The translations under genes were made by a program, and so were the position numbers. The notes under the pieces are model-generated. The model was given only the letters and a program-made list of their open reading frames with translations, was not told the origin of the DNA and made no database searches. From positions 1,240,001 to 1,304,000 of the forward strand of contig NW_027117345.1 in the NCBI RefSeq assembly GCF_038025025.1: DNA of 64,000 nucleotides. Reading direction: 5' to 3'. Of this stretch, positions 54,062-64,000 are shown piece after piece (positions within the stretch are counted from its first letter, which is position 1; the number at the start of each line of letters is the position of its first letter). Source of the DNA: Phyllosticta citribraziliensis. Taxonomy: Eukaryota.

Positions 54062-55203
54062 TTATTTGGCAATGCGCTCCTCGTACGCTGCCCACGCCTC
54101 CGTCCTGTACCGCTCCGCCTCTTCGGCTCTGTTATCTGCTTGGACGATGCCTCTCCCGACAATGGCGACGTCACATCCCTTTTCGTAGATGATGTGGCGG
54201 GGGCTATTGTACTGCTGGCCCTTGCCATCGCCGGTGACGGCGCCGTCTTGGCCCTTGGGCGGCAGCTTGATGCCGGGGGTCATGGTCAGGAAGTTGTCTT
54301 CGGGCTCCGAGTTGAGTGAGCGCTGAGCAATGAAGCCCATGACAAAGTCCTTGTGTTCGCGGGCAATTTCAACGGAGCGCTTTGCGTAGGCTTCGTTGAG
54401 TAGGTTGCCGGCAGAGCTCATTTCGGCAATCAGGAGCAGCGCGCGCAAGAAGGGCGTGGAGCCCAGCTGCTCGAGGATCTCCGCGGCGTTGTACATTTCG
54501 CCTTCGCCCTCAATCATGGGCGTCGGTTGGGGGCTGATGCTCTGGGAAATGGTCGTACTTATCGACACGATGCTCTGCTTGCGCGAATCGGCAGAATCAT
54601 TGGCGTCGCCTTCGACCTCGAGCATTGTCGAATCAGAGGTGGTCCCAGTGCCGTTGACGGGCTCGGCGCTGATCTCTGTGTGCACGGATTGGTTGTAGGT
54701 GTGGATCGCTCCAGTGGCAGCCTCTTTGAGCGAGCTCACAATCGCAGGGCCAGGAAGGACGTGGGCATTTGTGATTTCGGCCCAGCGAGCTATGACAAGA
54801 GGACCACTGGTGTACTGCTTCTGGACCGTCTCTGTCGAGAAATTGTGAGTGTCTGCCAACATGACCAGAGGTCTCGATGCTAACCTCCAATGTCGGCGAA
54901 TTTCCTGTCCTCAAAAACCAGAAACTTTTTCCGCTTGGCGATTTCGCGCAACCCTCTAACGGTCCTGTCGCTGAAGTCGCTGAGGGTGTCGGCGTGGGTC
55001 TTGAGCAGACATATCGAGTCGCCCACCTCTTCGGCGAGGTCGAGCAATTGCGCGGTGGTAGCGACATCTGCCGACAGACAGAGGTTCGTCCGCTTGATAG
55101 CAATGAGGCGCAACAGGTAGGCCGTGAGCGGCGAAGTGTGGGGGAGCATGGCACGCTCGATGTAGGACTGGGTCCAGGTGGGATGACGCGGCGGAGGTGT
55201 CAT
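54062..55203 (-). CDS. pyrG: Orotidine-5'-phosphate decarboxylase (pyrG/URA3/pyr-4), ~362 aa
   Basis: Exons 55203-54885 and 54831-54062. KRTNLCLSADV, LKTHAD, catalytic FEDRKFADIG, LLLIAEMSS, MTPG, GQQY, IVGRGI. Confidence 0.97.
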
Positions 55204-56825
55204 GGTTGAGGAGGAGGCGGAGGAGCGCGAAGACGAGTAAGAGGACGACGAGAGGGGCTCCGGGAGGGATTGGAGAGGAGAAGCTGCGAAGGGTCGTGGA
55301 GATATAGCAAAAGAGGGTGGGCTATAGTGTTGTACAGGCTATGCGGCGCGGGAGCTGTGCGGTGCTCAGTGCAAAGAAATTTGGGCAGGGGTGCCGGCGC
55401 CACCGGGGGCGGTCAGGCAATCGCTCTCCACTCTCCACAGTGTGCGTTGCAGCGGCACTCTTCCCTTTGGCACCACTACCCAAGGGAAACATTTTCCCAC
55501 CACCATCAAGGGTCTTCTTGCGACTCCATCCTCGACGCCTGAACCCTGGCTGCCGAGTGGCGACTTTTCCCGTTTCCCGTCTCCATGCGCGCTCGACGGA
55601 AAAGTAAACGTTAAATGCTCCCATCTCCGCAACTCTGACCGGTCCCCGGAATATGCTGGCTGCTGGTGGCAAGTCGCCCAGGCAGTGACGAGCAAAACAA
55701 CTTCAATATTCCGTCGGGTCTCAGGTTTGACCCAGTTCTGGACTGTCGGGTTGTGGGGCAGGTTCCCCTTTTTGTGGACCAAGGGGAGCCCCTGGTACGA
55801 TCCTGTGTGCAGGTCCGTCACTGCAGCCCTGCCTTCAGGTGTACGCCGCCCTTCTGGCCGACGAGAGTCCTCCACTCCACCCCGACTCTGCAGTGTCAAG
55901 CGCCTCGCGAGCCATCAAGGTGGACGTCTAGGGATGGACATGATGAGTTTGAGAGACACTCGCTTGGGTGTGCTCAGCCCCCAGTTTAAGACAGCAATGT
56001 CTGCTCAACGACCTAGCCCTGTGCTGTTCGTGATCGACGTGAATGTCCTGACTTTTCTATAGTTAGAGCCGCCAGAATGAGACGCCATGGCCGCAACTGT
56101 CTCCGCAGAACACGGCGGATCGGTCCGTCAAACTGCGCAAAGGCGAACGAACCATCTCTCAAGAGCCGCATTGCCGTCCAGGGCAGCCGAGATGGCGTCT
56201 CAATTGGATGTGGGAGGCGTTGACAACATGCCATAAGGTATTTCTGGAGTCGACGTAGCCGAGGTGCAACACGGTACACATTGGGAAAGATTCGTGTGAG
56301 ATCATGCAAGGCTACGAAAGTCGAGAGTGGGGAGTAAACAGATCAACGCCTGCGGCTCTGGTTGCTGTTAGCGACATGCAGGTGGCAGGCTGCCAGGCTG
56401 CGGCCACGACTTTTCCAAACTCAACACCACACGTCCTTCGCAGCTACATCGACCAGCAAGAAGCTTCAGATAGGCGCCGAGCACAGATGCCCATGCATAA
56501 ATAGGCAATATGGTGGCATCACGCCCCAATTTATGCCCATGTATCTGTACCTGATTTCTGTATGCTTCTACGGAAGGGCCTTGCAAATTCGCAGGCGTCG
56601 CCGTAAGTCTTCACAGCAAAAGTTAATCATCAACATAATCACGCCGTAGCGCGTATGCTCTGCAACATGTGAAGCATGCTGAAATCAGTCATAGCCCGTG
56701 TCAGTATTTAAGCTACACATGCGCCCGCGCTTCTCTTCCGCCTCCACTCTGAGCCAACTTCCATCAACATCCACATTCCCTCTGCCCACCCAGCCTTGAC
56801 ATTCGCACCTTCGCCCCCCAACACA

Positions 56826-57532
56826 ATGCCTGAGGTTAAGAAGAACTTTTCCGAGCGCGAGATGCAGCTCATGGCGTGCGCTTTCCAGGCCATGCGCAAC
56901 CCCACAGATGTACGTCCCCTCCACTGACAACTGCGCGCATCATTTGCTTTCAACCCACGCGTCTCTGCCTCTTTCGCCTAACCTCACCACCATGATCTCG
57001 CCTTTCCAACTCGAAGATGTAAACGCGGCATCACCTGACTTCCTTTGCAGATCGACTACTCCGTCATGGCCTCGCTGGCCGGCATGTCCAACCCGCGCAG
57101 CGCCTCAAACGCCATGGGAGCCATCCGCAAGAAGCTCAACGCCAACATGCCCGCCGGCACTGCCGTCCCTGGCAGCGGCCCTCGCCCCAAGACTCCCGGT
57201 GGCCGCAAGAAGAAGCGCAACGTCGACGACGACGACGACGACGACGACGAAGACGGCGGCAACATCGAGAGCCCGACCAAGAAGGCCAAGGCCAACGGCA
57301 AGGCCAACGGCAAGGGAGGAGCCAAGGGCAAGCGCGGCGCCATCAAGAAGGAGGATACGCCCGAGGACGACGACAGTGACAACCTGTCTGACGGTAAGCG
57401 AGCATCGCGCAAAGCCGACATGTATTTCTCGAGAAGGACCCGCATGGCTGACTGCAAATGAGAAATATAGAAGAAGCAGTGGCACGCGAGGCGTATGCCG
57501 ACGCTGCCGGCTACAACGACAGCGAGGTCTAG
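56826..57532 (+). CDS. Small fungal Myb-like/basic-acidic nuclear protein, ~162 aa
   Basis: Exons 56826-56909, 57051-57393, 57471-57532. FSEREMQLMACAF..|IDYSVMASLAGMSNPRSASNAMGAIRKKL helical domain, then a K-rich NLS-like stretch, poly-D and SPTKK. Confidence 0.8.
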
Positions 57533-59934
57533 ACAGTTCGGCGGTGCCCGCCTCAGGCTGCCATGGAATTCCATCAGAGGAAGCACAACACGGTCCCATT
57601 TGACCCTGCGGGCGGCATGGTCTTGGTTTTTTCTTCTTCTTCGTACTCCCAATTCGACTCAAGGGATTCGGGTTGGACTTTTTTGCGAGTATGGAGTCTG
57701 GCAACAACGAAAATTGAAAAGGGAGCTGACGGCTACGGCGGACTCGTTCGGGGTTTTCTTCTGGCATGGTTTTATCCAAGCTGTAGGGAAACTGCCAGCT
57801 GGTTTTAGGCTAGATAGCACCTTCTACCATGAGAATTGAATGGCAATGAAAAGATGAGAAAATGCTTAAAGGGTCCATGCATACAGGTTGTCGCGACGAT
57901 TGACGGTCGAGGCAGGAAAAGAGACGAGGTTTTCGAAACGCTCGCACTGCAGGCAGGCCGCACTGCAAGCGTTTGGCTGTCCTGCCGGGACCGTTTGTGG
58001 AGCAAGCACCTCAGCTCAAACCTGAACCGAAGCCCCTTGCACCCCGCAATCCGCACCGCGCCGATCCCCCACACCACCCTCGCACCACCCGGCCACTGCC
58101 CCTCGCTGGCCTCTACTTCTTCGTTTTAATCTACTAACACGACGACGTCGCCAACGCGCAACAACACGCCATGCGCTTCCCGCCAGCAAAGCATCCCACC
58201 GCACCGCCCGCACAACTTTCCTGCGGCACCCCGAGAGCGCCGTTGGTCGGTCTCGTCGACGTCGGTCGCGGCTCGAATCGACTCGACTCGCTCGCACGGT
58301 CCGACTGTTCGACGATCAGGCGTGCCGCGCCGCCGCCATCGCCGTCATCGAGCGGCAGCGCAGTGCTACGAGCAGCTCCCGCTCCTTGCTGGCAGGAGAA
58401 AGACAAGCGCCTGGCTGGTGGCGGTGATGGTGGTGCTCGGTGACCGACAAACGGCCAGAGACGCGGAGGGAAGGCTGGGCGTGCGTTGGTGAAGAGAGTG
58501 AGGAGGCGGACATGGCTTGCTTGCTAGCTGGCTTGAGGTTTTGAAGTCGTGCCAACCAAGCACCGGTCATTCACAGAGGGCTCGGGGAAATCTTTCACCA
58601 AGTGTCATGGTGTCGTTTGCACCAAGCCAGGCGAGGAAGTAAGCTAACGGTAGGTCCTCGGTAGCTACATGGTTGCAGCAATTGGTCTGCACGTCCAGAG
58701 ATGGGTCGGGTGGCTAGCATATAGGGCAAGATGCTTGTCGGGAACGGTCTATTAGCTGCATGCATCCGGGTAGGGCCACGGATAACGAGTAGGCCATGCC
58801 CGTACCTTTTTTCGCGTTGGTCAATCAGCTACCGGACATGGATCAAAGCTGAACTGATTTGAGCTCATTTCGTTGCTGACGGAGGGGAAAGAGAGAAAAA
58901 GCAGCGGCCGAATTCTCATTTGAACAGAGCGAGAAATGAACACTCTCTACCGCCGCATGGACTAATTCGGAAGCCCAATCCATGGTAAAAGCCAAGTAGA
59001 GAGAATCCGAAAACGAGCACACCGAACCTTCTCCCGGCATGGATGAACAAAAATATCTGCAGTACATACCTAGATGCCAGCCTCCCCAGTCCAACCCGGG
59101 CTACGCACTCCCGCCGCCGCCGCGCCAAGGTCAATCACTCGCTGATCACCCTCAAACGACCCGTCTCAATAATCTTTAAGCTCTGCTCTTCCGACAGACA
59201 ATGACGTCACAGCATCGCCATCGGGAATTCGAATTCGAATGCAAGAATGAAGCACGGGCAGCGCGCTTGCTCCAAAGCCACTGCATATGGAATCATGATG
59301 ATGATGAGGGCGAGGATGCGAGATGAGCAGGGGCGTTGCGCGCCAGTGGATAAAGAAGCCTTGTTGCTTTGTTGTCCATCATCTGCTGTGTCTTGATCTG
59401 CTCCAGGAGTGTGAGCATTGTGCGGTTGAAGGACTTATTCGCGGTTCTCCAGCAGCAGACAACAATCGCTATAGTCCGCAGCTAGACAGCAGCTGCCACC
59501 CATCACCAGAACATCTTCGCAAGAGAACTAAGACCAGAGGGGCCGTGTCAGTGTCTTCGGTAGGCATGTCATCCGCGCTTCAGCAGCAGTGACGTCAACC
59601 CAAGCAGCACATACGTAGGTAGCCAACCCGGACATAGGTAGCTCAATGTATGCACTCAGAACGCTTCCTTCCCATCCCCCTAAATGCCCACCCACCCATG
59701 TGACCTGCTTCAGTTGTCGATTGACATGAGGCGGACGAGGGACCCTTCTCCTTCTCAGCGCCCTCCCCGCTCTACAATACCCTCCCTCCCCCACCCCGCC
59801 TTATCCTGCTCTGCCCCATCCCATCCACCCCCCGACCGCCCATCCACGGCGTCCACATCCCTGCCAAAAGAGCGGCACCTTATCCGCCGCACCAGCCCCC
59901 CGCGTCCTGGCTGAGATGGGCTGTTCCGGCCAGA

Positions 59935-60040
59935 CGGCGGCGGCGGCGGCGGCGGCTGCGGTGGCGGAGCGCGGGCCGGTCTCCGCTGTCGTTGCTGCTG
60001 CTGTTGCTGCTGCGGATGGTTCAATGGATGGATGATGGAT
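59935..60040. repeat. Cluster of simple repeats (GGC)n, (GCT/GTT)n, (GGAT)n
   Basis: Read directly. Confidence 0.75.
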
Positions 60041-61131
60041 GGGTGGATTGGTTATGTTGCTGGCAGGCGGACGGGGGGATGGATGGGAATGGGGAGGGTT
60101 GCGGGTTTGGTTTGCTCGGACGACGGAATCGTCGGAGTTTGTCGTGCGGGTGTGTAACATGGAGGAGGGAGAGTTGTTGATGAGATGTGTTTGTGCTATG
60201 CGTACAAGTAAAGACACTTGGACACGTCAGTCGGGAGCGAAAAAGACTGGCAAAACGACCAAGCGGCGCCTCATACGCACCTCAAGGCAGGCACGCGGCA
60301 ATAACTGCTGGATATCAAATCTCTTCTCTTATCCATTCGGTTCGTTCGACACTTACTATCTCCATCTACTACTATGGGGAAATCAGCCCAGATAATCGCC
60401 CCGGGCCTCTGTCCGCGACAGACAGGCTCATGATGAAACAACAAAAACAACTTCATCTGCCATCTTCTCCTAGCCGCTAGGTACTGCTCCTCCAAACCAC
60501 CTACCGGTAACACCGAGGTTGACGCTGCATAACAACAAGACGCACCCAGATTTGATGATAATCCATAAGTCCTACACCGGCCATGGAAACCCCCACCATC
60601 CGCTTCATCGGCGTCGGAAAAGCGCAACGCAATTTGTGTGGATTGGCCTGACAAGATGGGCCACGGTCAAAGCCATTCTCTGAAGACCCAAGTCCAGCGA
60701 CAGCAAGAGCCTGCGAAACAATGACATGGACGGGCTAAGCCTGGTCTGGCCTCTTGCTCAAACTGCCAAGAGGCAATGAGAAGCGGGGACGACGCGGGGT
60801 AGGAAAACGTTGTATGAAAGAAGGCAAGAGAAAAGAAGAACTTTGGGGTATGTCAGTACTAAGCCAAGCAGAAAGCAGAAAACAAACGACAAAACGATCA
60901 AGGACCGGTCATTAAAACGAGTAGCCCAGTCACACTTTGTCAAAGGGCGACAAAAGGCCGGTGACCAGCGATCGTCGGCCCCTTTTCAGAGCGCAACGGC
61001 ACGCCGGTTGGAAAACATGAAGCTCGCATCTCGTCTTTCGGCCCTCTTTTTCCTCCTCTTCTCGCGTGTGAAACAGTAGCCAGCAGTTGAAGCATTTTTC
61101 GAACCAACCGAGCCATTGAGACGAAACCCTT

Positions 61132-63569
61132 TTATCGGAACCGCGCCGTACACCTTCCCATGACCTCGCCCTGGCAGACCAGCTCGGCATTGAATTCGGA
61201 GCCGTCGAGCGTGAGGTAAATGTCAAAGTAGACGCGATAAAAGGTTCCTTGGGGTGTGTCCATGCGCTCAAAGTCCTTTTCAAGATTCTTCCGCGAGAGG
61301 TCTGACGTGAGCGTGACCACTTCCTTTATCCCTGTTGACATGCCATGTAAGTAAGCTGCGGCGTCGTGTAACATGAGTGGGAACTTACTAGGGTCTTTGA
61401 CGTATTCAGGACAGACGTCGTCATCACATGCGTAGAGGATATCCTCGTACATGAGAGTTGCGCCAGGCGCTACTTGGCGGAAAAAGGAGACCTTGACAGG
61501 TTCGCCAATCTTGACTCTTTGACCCTTTTGTACAAAGATTTGGCGGGTGAATTTGCAGCGATCTTTGCCATCCAGAGAAGGCACCCGATACTGCTCGGGA
61601 TGGTGTCCCTCCTTGAACGGCTGGAGGGTGGCCATGAGGTAGTGTCGCCTGGCTACGCGGTGGGTGACGATTCGCTCAGTGATACCAGCGGTAACAGCAC
61701 CCTTGACGATGGCGGCGACCGAGTCCATGGGGCGAACGACCTTGGATTGGAACTGCGGAGGGACGTGGAGCTTAATCTGTTGGAAAAGGTACTCGGATGC
61801 ACCAAAACCGCCTACAACGAGAATATTCTGCATGGCCATTAATCAGTACTTGCGACGGAAAGTTGCAATGCCATACGGGATCTTACGTGAAGTGATCTGT
61901 TTTGAGCCTGGATGGCAATGATCTGGTTGCGCACAAGCTCCAGGATCCGGTTGACGACTGGCTCAAAGCATTGCAGGATTTCTTCGTTTGTAAAGGTCAT
62001 GTAGCCCTCCTCAATGCCTGCCTCGGGGAATTCGGCCTCGATGCCAACGTCAACAGCCCACTTCTGGCCGTTGTTTCGGAAGTCGGCCTTGATTCTGTTT
62101 TCAAAGTCCATGATGCACTTGGCGTAGACTTTTCCGGCCGTCTTGGAGCCATCGGGAAGCTTCATCTTGCGAATCTTGGCACGCAGGATGTTGCTAAAGT
62201 TGCGGTTCAATGCCGTAGAACCGCACGAGTCTCCGGAGCCAGTGGTACACTCCGCGACTGAAAACGGCTGCTCCTCTTCAACCTCGTAGGCAATCAAGTC
62301 CACCGTGCCACCACCGCAGTCAACAATCAGCACAGCGTCGTGCACCTTGAGGTTGAGCAAGCCCGTCTTGGAGCAGAACATGGCCGCCGCTTCGGGCTCG
62401 GAAACCAGCGTCAGACGGTTGTCATTTTCGTCGCGCAGAAAACCAGCTTGAATGGCGGCCGCCCTGGTTGCGGCTTTTCCGGCATCGTTCCAGATGGCAG
62501 GAACAGTGAGGTAGTACCGGATGTTCCGCTCTTCTCTGTTGAATACCTCACCCAAGGTCTTTTGCAAATAATTGCGCATGGCCTGACGGAGGTGGAAGAG
62601 GTAATCGGCGGCAACATCAATCTCGGACTTGCCCGGAGGAAGGGGCGGCAGGTTGATGGGGTCGATGTATGTGTTGCCCGACAGCATCAGCTGCAGCTTG
62701 AACCATTCGACCTTCTGGACCCCTGGCTTGGGATAGCCGGTGTGGGCTAGAGCATCGGCAATATCTGGCCCCCACCCAACGACCTTTTGGTATTGGTCGT
62801 AGTACAGCACCGTCGGGATCTAGCAATTTGTCAGGATTACCAACCAGCCAATGTTCAGCCTTGGGAAAATGGCACCTTGTGTTTTGTCTGGTTTCCGGCG
62901 CCGGGCCACTCGGTGATGATGTCCTCCTTGGCCTCGTTGTTTGTTGCAAAAGCAAAGGCTACACCGGAGAAGGTGGTTCCCTGAAGATGCATCAGTCGAC
63001 GCGAATCCACAAATTCCGTGTGCGTGGCAACCTACAAAGTCTATGCCAACAATCAACTGCGCCTTACTCCGCCCCTGGCCGTCAGCCTCGACTGGAGCCG
63101 GCCTTGTAAAGGATTGAGGACCGGCTGGAGGAGCATTTGGATAGGTAGGGTAGCCCGGGTGCTGCGCGTGGGGAGGGTATCCGGGAGGACCGGCGGCAGG
63201 CTGGTATATCTGGCCCTGCGGATGCGAATAGTGACCCTGGGCGGCGGTGTTGATGGGTGGGGGCGGCATTGGACTCGCGGTGCGACCAGCGTTTTGTTGT
63301 TGGGCGCCCAGGTGCGCGGTGCCAGGTGGAGCAAGCGTGTACGAGGGCGGTCTTCCTGCGGGAACGGAGGGATTGGGGTGGTTCATCGTGGGGAGAGAGG
63401 TCGACGAGGAGCTGCCAGGGTTGGACGGGGATAACGAGCTCGCGCTTCCCGGAGGCGGGGTAGTATTGGTGGCTCCTCCTTGGGCCGCAAGGTTTTGCGT
63501 GGACCGGCGGTGAGAATCTCTATCTCTCGAGAGGAAGCTCTTGAGCCTGGAGTTCATGGAGAGGGACAT
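61132..63569 (-). CDS. Atypical Hsp70 (HSPA12-like actin-fold ATPase), ~736 aa
   Basis: Exons 63569-63036, 62980-62876, 62819-61887, 61827-61389, 61331-61132. IVGIDF|GTTFSGVAFA, LTVPAIW, VSEPEAAA, IVDCGGGTVDL, LVVGGFGASEYL, AIVKGAV. Confidence 0.95.
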
Positions 63570-63832
63570 GGAAGACGAAAAGGAGGACGAGGAGGGAGAG
63601 TAAAAGGGCTGGAGGGGAACCAAGAGGTGGGCGTTTTGGGGGCGCAAAGCGAGGTCAGACGCTCGCTCGGCAGGCAGACGGGCAGGCGGGCGCAGACGAG
63701 GGACGAGTCGAGTCGCCTGGGGCTGCGGCTGAGGGCGACGAAGCAAAATTAGCGAGCGTCAGCCTTGGACGAAGAGACATGCAGGCTCACCTTCTGGACG
63801 GCGTCTGGAGGGTCGAGGGCGGCTGGACGGTT

Positions 63833-63863
63833 GCGTTGCGCTGCGCTGCGCTGCGCTGCGCTG
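63833..63863. repeat. (GCGCT)n pentanucleotide microsatellite
   Basis: gcgttgcgctgcgctgcgctgcgctgcgctg read directly. Confidence 0.85.
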
Positions 63864-64000
63864 TGTCTGGTCTGGCGGAAGGGCAGGCCGTGGGCGGTGA
63901 GGTGTGAGGTGGGAGGTGGGTCGTGAGGTCAGGTCGGCTCAGCTCTTTGATGAAGGAAATGGACGGCTGCGAGGACAAAGGACGACCTGGACGAGGCAAA

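Noticed and set aside
55391..56062. 223-aa ORF upstream of pyrG
   Set aside because: GTG start, no codon bias or homology cues; likely promoter DNA.

Overview
A gene-dense stretch of filamentous ascomycete (Pezizomycotina, probably Dothideomycete; inferred) nuclear DNA. Introns are short GT-AG introns with CTRAY branch sites. I built 21 protein-coding gene models by hand from the splice signals, and exon lengths sum to whole codons for every complete model. In order they are: a DHA1 MFS transporter (truncated by the window edge), a cellulose-synthase-like GT2, a ZNF830/CCDC16-like protein, BYE1, mitochondrial uS15 head-to-head with cytosolic RPS0, an EAF-domain protein, a UBE2O-like E2 head-to-head with COG8, RPC17, a Cys-rich orphan, a conserved uncharacterised protein, an AsaB/CmcJ-like oxygenase, pentafunctional ARO1, UPS1 head-to-head with cytosolic TrpRS, a secreted CE1 feruloyl-esterase-like protein, a Cys-rich single-pass membrane protein, pyrG/URA3, a small Myb-like protein and an HSPA12-like Hsp70. 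I found no tRNA, rRNA, transposon or CRISPR. The strongest unexplained signals are: (1) a structured intergenic element at ~31.2-31.45 kb with TATA, A-box, B-box and oligo-T, a candidate Pol III ncRNA; (2) candidate non-AUG mitochondrial presequences on the AsaB-like gene and TrpRS; (3) a long hairpin in the RPS0 intron; (4) a U6-like fragment inside an intron; (5) an orphan intron in a gene-free interval. All family assignments come from motif recognition, not database searches.
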